64,000 nucleotides of DNA from an uncultured Candidatus Rokubacteria bacterium (GCA_963789955.1 CAWBMV010000012.1:32001-96000), one strand, 5' to 3'; numbered from the stretch's first letter, positions 42,949 to 55,381 are shown. The notes: generated from the sequence alone by a model not told the origin. Translations and numbers: made by a program.

Positions 42949-43696
42949 GATCCGCTTCTGGCGGATCGTCCTCCTGGTGTCGTTCCTGGGGCTCTGGGAA
43001 GGGGCGACGCGCTGGGGCTGGGTCGACAAGTTCTTCGTCAGCCAGCCCACGGTGCTGGCCGCTCAGCTCGGCGAGTGGATCTGGAGCGGCTTCATCTTCC
43101 GGCACCTCCTGGTGACGATGAAGGAGACGATCATCGGGTTCCTGCTGGGAACCTTGCTCGGCGTCGCGGTCGGGTTCCTGTTCGCGCACTGGGAGAAGCT
43201 CGCGCACATCTTCGACCCGCTCATGGTGGCGCTGAACGCCATGCCGCGGGTCGTGCTGGCCCCGTTGTTCATCCTCTGGTTCGGTCTCGGACTCCTGTCG
43301 AAAGTGGTCATGGTCATCTCGCTCGTCTTCTTCGTCGTGTTCTTCAGTACCTTCACGGGGCTTCGGGAGGTCGATCGAGACCTCGTCAACAACGCCCGCA
43401 TCCTCGGGGCGAGCCCGCGCCACATGATCCGGCACGTGCTGCTGCCCTCGGCGCTCACGTGGATCTTCGCGAGCCTTCGCACCAGCGTCGGCTTCGCGCT
43501 CATCGGCGCCGTGGTCGGCGAGTACCTGGGCTCGCACGAGGGGATGGGCTACGTGATCTCGTACGCGGAATCGATGTTCAACGCGACCGGCGTGCTGGCC
43601 GGGCTGATCGTCCTGATGGCGGCGGTCATCGCGATCGACGTCGCCCTCAAGCGATTGGACGTACGGTTTTCCTACTGGAAGCCGACCCGGTGGTGA
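42911..43696 (+). CDS. NitT/TauT ABC transporter permease
   Basis: AMPRVVLAPLFILWFGLG, GAVVGEYLGS. Confidence 0.93.
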   Translation: MATSGAKKVSWAEIRFWRIVLLVSFLGLWEGATRWGWVDKFFVSQPTVLAAQLGEWIWSGFIFRHLLVTMKETIIGFLLGTLLGVAVGFLFAHWEKLAHIFDPLMVALNAMPRVVLAPLFILWFGLGLLSKVVMVISLVFFVVFFSTFTGLREVDRDLVNNARILGASPRHMIRHVLLPSALTWIFASLRTSVGFALIGAVVGEYLGSHEGMGYVISYAESMFNATGVLAGLIVLMAAVIAIDVALKRLDVRFSYWKPTRW

Positions 43697-43719
43697 CGCG
43701 CGGTACGCGGGAGGAACCC

Positions 43720-44736
43720 ATGACAACGCATTCGGGACGCATCGCCGGCGTGATCGTTCTGGTCGCGGCTCTGCTCGCCGCGGGTTGGTCGAGCGCCAGA
43801 GCCGCCGAGAAGGTCACGGTCGGTATCGGCGGGGTGGCGCTCATGGTCTACCTGCCGACCGTCCTCGCCAAGGACAAAGGGTTCTTCGCCGAGGAAGGGC
43901 TCGATGTCGAGATCCTGGACATCAAGGGCGGCGGGTCGCAGGCCGCGTCGGCGCTCATCGGCGGCTCCGTGGACTTCAGCGCGAACGCGATCGATCACGC
44001 GATCAAGGCCAAGACTCAGGGCAAGGACCTGATCGCCGTGCACTCACACGTGCGCCTGCCGGTGATGGGGCTCGTGGTCGCCAACAAGTACAAGGGCGTC
44101 ATCAAGTCGCTGGCCGATCTCAAAGGCCACCCGGTGGGCGTGACCTCGCCGGGATCGCAGACCCACATGGTCCTCGGGTACCTCCTGGTGAAGGCCGGCG
44201 TGAAGCCGAGCGACGTGCAGATCATGGGCGCCGGCGGCAACACCATGCCGCTGGCCCTCGAGAAGGACTCGGTGCACGCGGGGATGATGGTCGATCCGTT
44301 CTTCACCGCGTTCATCAAGCAAGGGAAGGGCTTCACGCTCGTCGACATGTTCACCAGCAAGGGCACCCTGGACGCGATGGGCGGCGAAGTGCAGGGGACG
44401 ACGCTGCTCACGCGTCCGGACGTCATCGCCAAGCGCCCGGCGACGGTGCAGAAGATGGTGAACGCGCTCGTCAAGGCCAACAAGCTCATCACGAGCTCGT
44501 CCGGCGACGAGCTGGCGCGACTGCTCCCGAAGGAGATCAGCGGCGATCCGAAGCTCTACGCCGAGTCGTTCGAGCACGCGCGCGAGGCGTTTCCCCCCGA
44601 CTCACTCGTCAGCCGCGACGGCGTCGCGCGGGTGATCGAGACCATGCGCGCCTTCGACGTCGTGCCGGCGGGCATGAAGTTCGAGCCCGAGAGCGTCTAC
44701 GACAACCGCTTCGTGCTGAAGGCGCTCGGCCGCTAG
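43720..44736 (+). CDS. NitT/TauT ABC transporter substrate-binding protein
   Basis: SD ggagg; signal peptide; GFFAEEGLDVE, VGVTSPGSQT. Confidence 0.92.
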   Translation: MTTHSGRIAGVIVLVAALLAAGWSSARAAEKVTVGIGGVALMVYLPTVLAKDKGFFAEEGLDVEILDIKGGGSQAASALIGGSVDFSANAIDHAIKAKTQGKDLIAVHSHVRLPVMGLVVANKYKGVIKSLADLKGHPVGVTSPGSQTHMVLGYLLVKAGVKPSDVQIMGAGGNTMPLALEKDSVHAGMMVDPFFTAFIKQGKGFTLVDMFTSKGTLDAMGGEVQGTTLLTRPDVIAKRPATVQKMVNALVKANKLITSSSGDELARLLPKEISGDPKLYAESFEHAREAFPPDSLVSRDGVARVIETMRAFDVVPAGMKFEPESVYDNRFVLKALGR

Positions 44737-45821
44737 CCGACCTGGTAGCGCTTCATCGCGGCCTGGTCGAACGCGAGCCCGAGCCCCGGCTTCTTCGGCA
44801 CCACGAGCTGGCCGCCCTCGATCGGCGGCGTCTGCTCGTAGAGATTCAGGGTCCACGGCATGTACTCGACGGTCAGGCCGTTGGGAATGGCCGCGACGAG
44901 GTGCACGTGGATCTCCGGGACCAGATGGCTCACCACCGGCAGATTGAAGGCTTCGGCCATGCCGGCGATCTTCATCCACTGCGTGATGCCGCCCGCGCGC
45001 AGGAGATCGATCATCACGATGTCGATCGAGCGGTGCTCCAGCAGATGGCGGAAGGGCACGATGCCGTAGTGATACTCGCCCGCGGCGATCGGCGTGGTCA
45101 GCGCGTCGGCGATGCGGGCCATGCCGGGATAGTCGTCGTGGGTGGTCGGATCCTCGAGCCAGAAGAGATGATACGGCTCGATGCGGCGCCCGATCTCGAT
45201 CGCCTGGTTCACGCTCCAGAGCTGGTTGATGTCGCACATCAGGTCGATGTCCGGCCCGATCGACTCACGCATGACCCGCACGCGCTCGACCGACGCGGCC
45301 ACCGTCGGCTCGCTCCCGCATTGCATCTTCATCTGGCGGAAACCCATGTCGCGCAGACGAGGCCCCGCCTTCGCGAGGTAGTCGGTCGGGTGAGGGCGCA
45401 TGAGGGCGCCGCTCGCGTACGTCGCGACACGGTCGCGAAGGCCGCCGAGCAGGGCGCAGACGGACTGGTTCATCGCCTTGCCCTTGAGGTCCCAGCACGC
45501 GATGTCGACCGCCGAGAGCGCCAGGGTGAAGATGCCGCCCGGGCCCGAGCTGCCGGCCGCGCGCCGGAGCTTGGCGGTGATCGCCTCCACCTGGGTCGGA
45601 TCGTCGCCGACCGTGAGCCGGGCGAGCTCGTCGACCGCGACCTTGAGCGCCGGGGTGAGCGCGCCACCGAAGAACGTGAGGCCGAGACCCACCGCGCCCT
45701 GATCCGTGCCGAGCTCCAAGGTGACGAACTCGCGTGTGTCGGTCGGTGCGGGCAGGCCTACGACGAGCGGGTTGTCGGCCGGCGTGCGCAATACACGGGT
45801 CGTGACGTGCGTGATCTTCAT
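44733..45821 (-). CDS. Mandelate racemase/muconate lactonizing enzyme family protein
   Basis: VDIACWDLKGK, MCDINQ, WLEDP, AAGE, VSH, PGLG. Confidence 0.93.
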   Translation of the reverse strand: MKITHVTTRVLRTPADNPLVVGLPAPTDTREFVTLELGTDQGAVGLGLTFFGGALTPALKVAVDELARLTVGDDPTQVEAITAKLRRAAGSSGPGGIFTLALSAVDIACWDLKGKAMNQSVCALLGGLRDRVATYASGALMRPHPTDYLAKAGPRLRDMGFRQMKMQCGSEPTVAASVERVRVMRESIGPDIDLMCDINQLWSVNQAIEIGRRIEPYHLFWLEDPTTHDDYPGMARIADALTTPIAAGEYHYGIVPFRHLLEHRSIDIVMIDLLRAGGITQWMKIAGMAEAFNLPVVSHLVPEIHVHLVAAIPNGLTVEYMPWTLNLYEQTPPIEGGQLVVPKKPGLGLAFDQAAMKRYQVG

Positions 45822-45979
45822 CGGGCCGTCTCCTTCGAGATTGTGGCCGCTACAATACACGTTCGTGGATGTTCAATCCATGGCGGAGCCAATGTCGCTC
45901 GTGACGGTCCTCGCGGACTCGCCAGCCTTGCGGCAACACGAAAGCGTTCAGGGGGGTGCGCAGCCCGCACAGCAGTACC

Positions 45980-47201
45980 CTACGGGAAGTGTCCACCGGG
46001 CCCGATCGATTCGGCCTCGAGGGCAGTCTCCAGTCGTTCGAGGTATTCCGGCGCGAGACGCGCCGCCATCGTTCTGGCCATTCGACCGACCAGCAGGTCC
46101 CAGTCGTACCGGCGCGCGACCGCCTGACGGGCTCGACGACGCTCGGGAGTATTGGCCGACGGCTCCAGCGCCTCGGAGATCGCCGCGGGCCAACCGTCGG
46201 CCTGGCTGACGAGCGTCAAGACATCGCCGAATTCCTCGACCGAGCGAATCGGAGCCGTCACGACCGGGCGCCCGCTTGCCAGATAGTCGTGCATCTTGAG
46301 CGGGTAGATGTACTTCGTGTAGCCGTCTACGCGATACGGCATGACGCAGACATCGAAGTGCTGCGGATACGCGCCGAGCTGCTGGGGCGTCTTGAATCCG
46401 AGGAAATGGACGTTGGGGTGGCGCGAGAGGTCGTGGACGGCAGCCTGAGTCCCGGGATGTTCCTGAACGGGACCGACGAAGACGAAGGACCATTTCGGCT
46501 CGGCAACGGGCAACCGTTTCAGCAGGGACCAGTCCAGCTGACGCTTGATCACGCCGGTATAGCCGATCCGCGGATGCGGGATCGACGCGATGTCGGCCGG
46601 CTGCGGCGAGTCGGCGGCGAACGCCGCGTAGTCCGTGCCGTTCGGCGCGAAGGCAGTGTGCGTGTTGAGCGTACCCTTCTTGGCCATGAGCCCAGGTGAG
46701 CCGATGAAGACCTGGTCGACCGTCTCGATCAATTGTCGCTCCACGGCGTCGACAGGTCCGTCGATGTCGGAGAACGTGTACTCGTCATCAATATGGTAGC
46801 AGGCCCGCTCGAACGAGAGACCGCTCAGGGAGCTGAGGAACTCGGGCCGCCAGACGTAGAGAATGATCGTCTTGCAGCCCTGCCGGAGGAGCAATCTCCT
46901 CGCACGCTTTAGTCGTGCTCTGCCGGGTCAGGCTCGCGAGCCACGAGGGCCGGTACAGTCTGGGAAGCCACGACTCCGGTTCGTATACGCAGAACCCGGC
47001 GGGTGGCGCGATTCCGAAGCCCGGTAAGGGCTCCCTCGAGGTCTTGTCCAGAATGTCTGTCCACGTCTTCGGCGGGTCGACCCATACCACCTGGAAATAT
47101 CTCGCCAGCCTAGTGAGCACTTGGTGACGCACCTGCCATACCGAGTTCCACGGATCCGGCACCAGAGCGAGGACGCCGACGTCGGGGAGGATTGGTCCCA
47201 T
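45980..47201 (-). CDS. Glycosyltransferase (GT4-like), one frameshift near 46910
   Basis: WQVRHQVLTRLA, PNGTD, IGYTG, YPLKMHDYLASGRPVV. Confidence 0.85.
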
Positions 47202-47501
47202 AGGGCCAGGAGCCGATCGATCGCAGTCGAGGTGGTCGTTGCCTCCTCCCGCCGGCTCAGAGATCGTAGATCCTCTCGACGAGCCGAGCATTGGCAGATC
47301 GACCTTCGCGGGCTCTCGATCGCTTCGGGTGGCTCTTATGACCGCATCGTGGCCTTGATGATCGCGCGCAACCGGCTACTTAACCCTAGAAGGCGGGCCG
47401 GTTCTGTGTCAAGTAACAGGATATCGGATTCACCAATGGCTAGCCGGCGGTGCTAAGCTCACCCTAGCGCTCGCGGGCTGTCCAGCTCGTAGGGGCCAGG
47501 A

Positions 47502-50500
47502 ATGCACTGTCCTCACTGTCAGACCGAGAACCGCCCAGGCGCGCACTTCTGTCGGGAGTGCGGGGCCAGCCTCGAAGCCGTCTGCCCACGCTGCGGAGCC
47601 AAGCTCGAGCTCGGCAGCAAGTTTTGCGACAAATGCGGCGGCAATATCGGAGCCACTCCAGTTGCAGCGCGCGAGCCTCGATTCCCCTCTCCCGAGAGCT
47701 ACACGCCACGGCACCTCGCCGAGAAGATCCTCACGTCCCGGAGCGCTGTCGAGGGCGAGCGTAAACACGGTGACGGTGCTGTTCGCCGACCTGAAGGGCT
47801 CGATGGAGCTGCTCGCTGATCGCGATCCCGAAGACGCCCGTCGCGTCCTCGATCCGGTTCTCGAGCTGATGATGGAGGCGGTGCATCGGTACGAAGGGAC
47901 GGTGAACCAGGTGCTGGGCGACGGCATCATGGCGATCTTTGGTGCACCACTGACCTTGGAGGACCACGCCCTTCGGGCGTCGTACGCGGCCTTGACGATG
48001 CAAGCGGCCATCCGCGCTCATGCGGAGGAGGTCCGGCGCTCCGAGGGGATCTCGATCGAGATACGCGTCGGGCTCAATTCGGGAGAGGTGTTGATCCGCA
48101 CGATCGGCAACGACCTCCACATGGACTATTCGGCCGTTGGCCAGACCACCCACTTGGCCGCGCGTATGGAGCAGCTGGCGGCGCCGGGTAGCATCATGAT
48201 CACCGGAGATACGAAGCGGCTGCTGGAGGGCTACGTCCAGGTCGCTCGGTCGAACAGGTAAACATCAAGGGCCTGAGCGACCCGATCGAGGTCTTCGAGC
48301 TCCTCGGCGCGGAGTTCTCGAAGACCCGCCTGCAGGCGGCCGGTGCACGCGGGCTCAGCCGCTTCGTCGGGCGCCAGCACGAGATCGACGTGCTGACCGC
48401 AGCCCTCCAGGAAGCCGAGCGCGGCCACGGCCAGATCGTGGCGCTGGTCGGTGAAGCCGGAGTCGGTAAGTCACGGCTGGTCTGGGACTTCATCCGATCC
48501 GATCCGGTCGCAGGGGTGGGTCGTCCTCGAAAGCCGGTCCGTGTCCTACGGCAGAGCGACCGCCTACGGCCCCGTTCGCGACTTGCTCAAACGGTTCTTC
48601 GCGGTCGAAGATCGCGACGATGCGCGCGCCATCACCGACAAAGTCACCGCCAGGGTGCTGAGCCTGGACCGTCTCCTCGAGGAGACTATCGCCCCGGTGC
48701 TTGCGCTTCTCGGCGCGCTTCCCGACGAGCCCATTTTCCAGCTGGACCCTCCAGAGCGCAAGCAACGCACCCTCGAGGCGATCCGGCGGTTGCTCCTGCG
48801 GGAGAGCCGCGTCCAGCCCGTGCTGCTGATCTTCGAGGATCTGCATTGGATCGATTCCGAGACCCAGGCTGTTCTGGACACGATGGTCGAGAGCCTGCCG
48901 GCCACCCGGATCCTTCTGGTCGTCAACTATCGCCCGGAGTACCAGCACGGCTGGGGCAACCGCAGCTACTACCGCCAGCTCCGGGTGGACCCGCTGCGCC
49001 GGAGAGCGCCGACGAAGCTCCTGCGGGCGCTGCTGGGAAATGATCCGGGTCTTAAAGCGCTCAAGCAACTTCTGGTCGACCGTACCGAGGGCAATCCTTT
49101 CTTCCTGGAAGAGAGCATCCGGACCCTCGCCGAGACTCACGTTCTCGTCGGCGAGCAAGGGGCATACCAGCTGGCCAAGCCTCTCGAGGGGATTCAGATC
49201 CCAGCGACGGTGCAAGGAGACTGGCGGCTCGTATCGATCGCCTGGCCGAGGACAAGAAGCTTCTGCTGCAAGTCGCCTCGGTCATCGGCAAGGACGTGCC
49301 CTTCGATCTTCTGAAAGCGATCGTCGGCCTGCCGCCGGACGAGGTCCACTCAGGTCTCGCTCACCTCCAGGCTGCGGAGTTCGTGTACGAGACGAGCCTC
49401 TTCCCGGAGCACGAGTACACGTTCAAGCACGCGCTGACGCATGAAGTGACGTACGGCGGACTGCTCCAGGAACGGCGGAGAACCTCCACGCGCAGATCGT
49501 CGAAGCGATGGAGCGGCTTCCCGCCGGGCGATTGGCCCAGGAGATCGAACGGCTCGCCGAGCACGCCTACCGTGGCGAAGTGTGGAACAAGGCGGTGAAC
49601 TATCTCCGACGGGCGGGAACGAAGGCCAGCGGCCAGTTCGCGCACCGGCAGGCGGTCGGTTCTTCGAGAACAGGCGCTCGTGGCGCTGCGGCACCGGCCG
49701 GAGACGCGTGAGACGCTGGAGGTCGGGGTCGATCTCCGGTTCGACCTGCGCAACGCGCTCTTCGCGCTCGGGGAGCTGGAGCGGATCCTCGACTATCTGC
49801 ACGAGGCGACGAGCCTGGCCGAGACGCTCGGCGATCGGCGTCGACTCGGATGGGTCGCCGCCTACCTGACCCACTATTTCTGGCGTATGGGCGATCACGC
49901 CCGCGCCATCGAGTCGGGCCAGCGGGCGCTCGCGATCGCAGAGGAACTTGGGGACTTTGGGCTCCAGACGACGAACGTCAACCTGGGGCTTGCATACTAT
50001 GCGGTGGGCGACTATGCCCTCGCGATTCCTTGTCTCCGAAAGACCATCGCGTCGCTCTCTGGCGATCGGGTCGGCGAACGATTCGGTTGGGCCGCCCTGC
50101 CGGCCGTCACCTCACGCGCGTACCTCGTCGGTTGTCTCGCCGAGCTCGGCGAATTCCGCGAGGGGATCGGCGTAGGCGAGGAAGCGATCAAGATCGCCGA
50201 GACCGCCAATCATCCCTTCAGTCTCGGTCAGGCCCTGCTCAATCTCGGCGTGCTCTATCTGCGAAAGGGCGAGTTGCGGCTCGCCACAGCGTTACTGGAG
50301 CGCGGACCGGGATTGAGCGGAGTGAGTAAGGTCTCGGCGCTAGCCGCCGGAATCGCGGCCGCGCTCGGCTACGCGCAGGCGCTGTCGGGGCGCGTCAAGG
50401 ACGGTATTCCACTTCTGGAAGCAGGTGTCGAGCAGGCGGGCGCGAATCGGATCACGGCCCGGCATTCCCTCTGGGTCGCCTGGTTGGCCGAGGCGTACAT

Positions 50501-50841
50501 GCTAGGCGGCCGCGGGGACGAAGCGAGCACCGTGGCCGAGCGCGCGCTTGCGCTCTCGGGGTGAGCACAACGAGCGCGGCAATCACGCCTACGCGCTCCG
50601 GGGGCTCGCGGAGATCGCCGCGAAGTTCGGGCCCCGACGCGGACGCGAGGCGGGCGACTTCTACCTGGCCGCGATCGCCGAAGGGTCGGCGCTCGGCATG
50701 CGGCCGCTCGTCGCGCGGTGCCGAGCCGGCCTCGGAGTCTGGTATCGCGGCGCTGGGCGCATCTCGGAGGCCGAGCAGGAGCTTCGCGTCGCCGGGGAGA
50801 TGCTGCGCTCAATGGGAATGACTGCGGCGCCGCTCGAGTAG
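47502..50841 (+). CDS. Double zinc-ribbon + class III adenylate/guanylate cyclase + AAA ATPase + TPR protein, many frameshifts
   Basis: Four CxxC pairs; VLFADLKGS, LGDGIMA; GEAGVGKS; FEDLHWID; GNPFFLEE; FKHALTHEV; TPRs. Confidence 0.9.
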
Positions 50842-52655
50842 CGCCCGGTGCTCTTCCAGCGAGGCGCGGGCGCGCGCCCGAGCCTCGACCAACGCTCCGA
50901 TGCCGCCCCGACCATAGCGCGTCATGATTCTCGCCGTGTGGACCAGATCCCACAGGCGGGGCTCTCGCCAGCGGCCGCCTGGCCAGGTAAGACCGATGGC
51001 ATCGCTGCCGGCAAAGCCGAGGTCCTTGCCGTCGAAACCCGGAAGGTAAGGAGGCTGAAGGCGGCTTCGCAGGAGCACAGCGATCTCGACGGCCGAGAAG
51101 GGTCCGCCGAAATCGGGATCGGATAATTCCATCGGGTGTAAGTACGTGGCCGGAATGTCAGAAGGTCGCGAGTGCGAGGACGGGATATCGGCGAACGCCG
51201 GGAAGTGACGCTGTAGCGCGAGCCCCTGGAGGCGCCGCTCGCCCTTGACGATCGGATCGAGCGTCAGCGCGTGCTCCATGACCTCGTTGTCGAGATAGGG
51301 ACAGAAGGACTCCACGCGGAGGTTCAGGAGCCCGTACGGTAGCAACGCGACGACCGCCCGTGTTCGCCCCAGCAGATGAAGAACGACAGACGGTTCGGCC
51401 CCTCCGGGATCGCCTGAAGCGCGTCTCGAAGCCGGGAAGACAAGGACCGGGACACGAGTCCGTCGAATCTTCTGTCCCACGCGGCCGCCTCCGGCGCGAT
51501 GATATTCAGCAGATCGGAATCCGGTCGCCAGCGACCCCAGTGAGCCCGCGGCAAGGCGTAGAACGGATTGTTGAAGAGCGTATCGCCGGCCATCCCGTCG
51601 AAGTTCTGTGCCTCGTCGGAAGGCTCCAGACTGGCGGCGAGCGGCAGAGCCCAGATGTGATGACGTCCGAAGACCTGAAAGTCCAGGAGGACGTCGCGCA
51701 CCGCGCGCGCCGCTCGCGGTGTGATCACCCCTTTCCTCTCCGGAACCTCCACGAGTCGATGGGGAATGCCGAGCCGACGGCACAACTCGCCCGTCACGGC
51801 AGGCTCGATCGTCGTTCGCTCGAGACCGGGATAGGGCCAGATCGATGTCACCGTATCGAATCTCGCGCCGACGGCATGCCCCTCGAGCAGGATGCGGCGT
51901 GAATCATAGCCGGAGCTGAGAAGACACAGGGCGCGTGCGGTCCTCGACAGAAGATGGCTCAACACGCTACGCAGGCGCGCCTGCGACTCGTCGAGGAAGG
52001 CCGTGACATCCTGCTGCTTGAGGGCGGGCAGCGCGTCGAGCGACCAGTAGCGCGTTGCGTGCCGCCGCCCGGGCGAGAAGTCGATCCAGGTCCCCGGCGG
52101 GACGCGCTCGACATCGCGGAGAAACGTTCGAGTCCCGAGCGGAAAGCCAAGCGCCATGAGTTCCTGCAGCGTGTCGTAGTCCAGATCGCGCCGCCCCACG
52201 CGGCACGCGGCGACGGTTCCGAGATCTTCGGCAAATGCGAGCCCGGCCGCGTCCTGGAGAAAGAATAGCGGCCGGATGCCGAGACGATCGGTCGCCAGAA
52301 CGCAGCGTGCCTTGTGCCAATCCACGATCGCGAAGGCGAACACTCCGTTGGCTCGGCGCAGCCAGTGCCAGTCTCCCGCTCGATATCTATCGAGCACGGC
52401 CTGAGCTTCGCCGGTCGGCGGGGGGGCGGGATCTCGAAAGTAGCCCGAAAAGAGCACTGCGGCTTCTGCGTCGGCCGCGAGGTGACGGGCCGGTGGCCGC
52501 GGCTCCGGTGACCAGAGGCCGAGGCGTACGCGCGGATCCCCTGCCGGGGAGCAGTCGACGGCGTGGTTGCCGAGCAGCGCCAGCATCGGCGGCCACGTGG
52601 CGACGTCGAGTGGCGCGGCGCACTCCCAGTCGAAGCGTCCGCCGAAGCGGCTCAT
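50809..52655 (-). CDS. Asparagine synthetase-like protein (Ntn domain without catalytic Cys1), frameshift near 51375
   Basis: NGVFAF, TDRLGIRPLF, LLSSGYDSR, DGMAGD, CPYLDNE. Confidence 0.8.
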
Positions 52656-52765
52656 GCCGAGGACGGTCCGCTCAACGCTGCGCCGCGACCCGGAAGCTTG
52701 ACAAAGGCCGGCGGGGCCGGCGAGCCTGTCGAGAGGGCCGCGTGGTCACCGCGCGGCGACGACAG

Positions 52766-53662
52766 ATGCAGTCCCTGATCAGTATCGTGATCGCGACGCG
52801 AGACCGCGGCGCCCAGCTCAGAGCGTGTCTGGAGGCCCTGCGTGTCAGCGCGTTACCCTCCGGCTGGAGCGCCGAGGTCATCGTCGTCGACAACGCCTCC
52901 ACGGATGACACGGCGAGGATCGCAGCCTCCTTTCAAGCTTCGCACGGGGATCCCACTTTTCACTACCTGATGGAGCCGCGCCAGGGCAAGAGCTTTGCCG
53001 TCAACCGGGGCGTGTCGGTCGCTCGCGGGGCCATCGTGGCCTTCGTGGACGACGACGCCGTCGTCGATTCCCGTTGGATCGTCGAGATCGTCGAGCAGTT
53101 TCGGCACGACCCGGGGCTGGGTGTTCTGGCGGGCCGCGTCGTCGCACGGGAAATCAATGGGCGGCGGGAGGGCGTCACGGTCGGTGTCGACGAGGTGCCT
53201 CTGAGCGTGGCGAAGCCGCTGCTGGGGCTCGTCATGGGATGTAACCTTGCCGTCCGCCGCGAGGCGATCGCTGTGGTCAAGGGGCGAGACACGCGGCTCG
53301 GGCCGGGACGAGGACTTTCCGCTGAGGACATCGACTTCGTCTATCGAATTCTCAAGGCGGGATTCAGAGGGCGGTTCTCGCCGCGTCCGACGGTCGCGCA
53401 TAGCCCGGGTCCTCGTGACCGGCGCCGCGAGTACCTGCGAGGCCGCGGCGCCTACTATGCAAAGCACGTATCGCGGGGCGATCTCGTCATCGCGCGCCAG
53501 GCGTGGTGGGAATTCGTCAGGCTCTGGCGAGAGCTGAGGCGGCCGCGCGCGGAACGCGCGGGCTCACCGCTCGAAGACCTCCGCCAGCTCGCGGCGGGTG
53601 CCGGCATGATGCTTGGGCGCATCGTGGTGTCGATGCGGCCCGGGGGGGCGGGGGCGCGGTAG
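52766..53662 (+). CDS. Glycosyltransferase family 2
   Basis: SIVIATRDR, VVDNASTDDT, AFVDDD, GCNLAVRR, EDIDF. Confidence 0.93.
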   Translation: MQSLISIVIATRDRGAQLRACLEALRVSALPSGWSAEVIVVDNASTDDTARIAASFQASHGDPTFHYLMEPRQGKSFAVNRGVSVARGAIVAFVDDDAVVDSRWIVEIVEQFRHDPGLGVLAGRVVAREINGRREGVTVGVDEVPLSVAKPLLGLVMGCNLAVRREAIAVVKGRDTRLGPGRGLSAEDIDFVYRILKAGFRGRFSPRPTVAHSPGPRDRRREYLRGRGAYYAKHVSRGDLVIARQAWWEFVRLWRELRRPRAERAGSPLEDLRQLAAGAGMMLGRIVVSMRPGGAGAR

Positions 53663-53686
53663 CTCCGGTCCTTGTCCCTCAGCGCG

Positions 53687-54020
53687 TCACGGCCGTGAGC
53701 GGGCTCGCTCGACGCGGCGGTTGCGCAACCAGCACCCGAAGCTTCCGGGGAGCTGGCCTTCTTCGCCGATCGCGCGCGATAGTCGGGCGATCGTTTCGAC
53801 CCGACCCTGACGGCGCACGACGTACGTCATCAGCGCGGACGCGGTCGATTGCCGCAAGCCCGTCGAACGCGCGCCGGACATGCGGGTCGATGAACTGGCG
53901 CCCACGCCCGGCTCTCCGGGGCCGAGTTGAACGTCGTCCACACGTAGAGCTGGCCGTCGCCGATCGGACGAGCCCGATGCGCTGGCCGCGGCCGAGGAAC
54001 TCGTGGAGAGGGGCATCGGC
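53687..54020 (-). pseudogene. Collapsed remnant of an FAD-dependent monooxygenase
   Basis: Fragments HEFLGRGQRIGLV/IGDGQLYVWTTF and ALMTYVVRRQGRVETIARLSRAIGEEGQ...CWLRN. Confidence 0.5.
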
Positions 54021-54030
54021 GGGCGGATCG

Positions 54031-54897
54031 TCAGGTCGGTAGGCCGAACAGCGAGGTCAGCCGCTGCGACTCGACCATGCTCGCCATCGCCTCGTCGGTC
54101 GGCCGGCGCTCGAAGCGGCTGGCCGCGTCGAGCACCTTGGGCAAGAGATTGAGATCGCCCGCGGTGTTCAGGAACACGCCGGGCATGCCGATCACGTAGT
54201 GCACGGCGCGGTCGATGTCGGCCTGGCTCTCGAGCGGCTGGTACCACGTCGAGTGCGTCTTGTCCGACGTGGCCCACGGGCCGCGCGCGATCGACTTGAT
54301 GATCTGCACGGCCACGTTGCGCTCGCGGCAGATCACCACGACCTCGTCGAAGGCCCGGCGGTAGCGCTCGTTCTCGGCCATGAAGAAGTTGTAGGGGAGC
54401 AGGACCGAATCGAAGTCGAAGCGCGCGAGACTGCGCCGGTGCATGGCGGCGATGGTCCAGCCGTGACCGGTCACGCCGATGAACCGTGTCAGCCCCTGCT
54501 GGCGGGCTTCGATCGCCGCTTCCAGCACGCCGCCCGGCCCCATCGCCAGATCCCAGTCGTCGGGATGACCGAGCGAGTGCAGCTGGATCAGATCGACGTG
54601 ATCGACGCGCAGCCGCTCGAGCGAGCGATGGATGTCGTCGCGGCCTTCCTTGGCCGTGCGCGAGCCGGTCTTGGTGGCCAGGAAGAAGTCTTTCCGATGG
54701 CGCGCCATCCACGGTCCGATGCGCAGCTCGGAGTCGCCGTAGCGCGCGGCGGTATCGATGTGGTTCACGCCGTAGCGGAGGAGCACGTCGAGGGCGCGGT
54801 CGGCGTCGGCCTGGCTCGCGCGCGCGAGCGCGGCGGCGCCGAAGAGCGTGACGCTGCTGAGGTGGCCGGTTCTGCCAAAGGGTCGCCGCTCGATCAT
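54031..54897 (-). CDS. Aldo/keto reductase
   Basis: [35 protein letters not shown]. Confidence 0.93.
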   Translation of the reverse strand: MIERRPFGRTGHLSSVTLFGAAALARASQADADRALDVLLRYGVNHIDTAARYGDSELRIGPWMARHRKDFFLATKTGSRTAKEGRDDIHRSLERLRVDHVDLIQLHSLGHPDDWDLAMGPGGVLEAAIEARQQGLTRFIGVTGHGWTIAAMHRRSLARFDFDSVLLPYNFFMAENERYRRAFDEVVVICRERNVAVQIIKSIARGPWATSDKTHSTWYQPLESQADIDRAVHYVIGMPGVFLNTAGDLNLLPKVLDAASRFERRPTDEAMASMVESQRLTSLFGLPT

Positions 54898-55002
54898 CAC
54901 TGGACCTCCCGCCGGTATATTACCCTTTCGTCGCATACGACGAAGGTCTGATACTCGCGGCGCGGTGGCTTTGCTATCAGGGCGGTCAAGGAGGAATCCA
55001 CG

Positions 55003-55381
55003 ATGAAGATATTCTCGATCGCAGCCCTGGTGTTGCTCGCTGCCGTCGTCGGCGGGATGTGGTGCCGCTCGAGAGGCTCAGCAGGCCGCGGCCAACGCGC
55101 CCACTGCGAATGTGGCTGGCACGTGGACGGGCAGTGCCGGAACCGGCGGTGTGTCCGCACCGATCACGCTGACCCTGTCGCAGACCGGGACCGATGTCTC
55201 GGGCAATATCACTGTCGGAGGGCGACCGGACCTCTCGGGTCCGGTCAAAGGGACGGTCCAGGGCGAGATCGTGAAGCTGTCCCTGCCAACCGTGACGCTC
55301 GGCCAGATGATCGCCAAGGACGGCACGATGAGCGGCGAGGTCTCGGGCGGGTTGCCGGCCACGCTTCGGCGCGTCCAGTAG
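55003..55381 (+). CDS. Small secreted or lipoprotein beta-rich hypothetical protein, frameshifted
   Basis: SD aggagg; signal peptide; NVAGTWTG...[12 protein letters not shown]. Confidence 0.6.

Noticed and set aside
39227..46127. Long alternative-frame or antisense ORFs (e.g. 39227..40729, 43785..46127)
   Set aside because: Shadow ORFs of high-GC genes; Arg/Ala-rich with no recognisable motifs
47502..50841. Cyclase-NTPase-TPR as an Avs- or CBASS-like defence system
   Set aside because: This architecture is a common signalling family, and no effector or defence genes are adjacent
50809..52655. AsnB-like gene as a lasso peptide cyclase
   Set aside because: No B1/RRE, B2 peptidase or precursor ORF is seen nearby; the neighbours are glycosyltransferases
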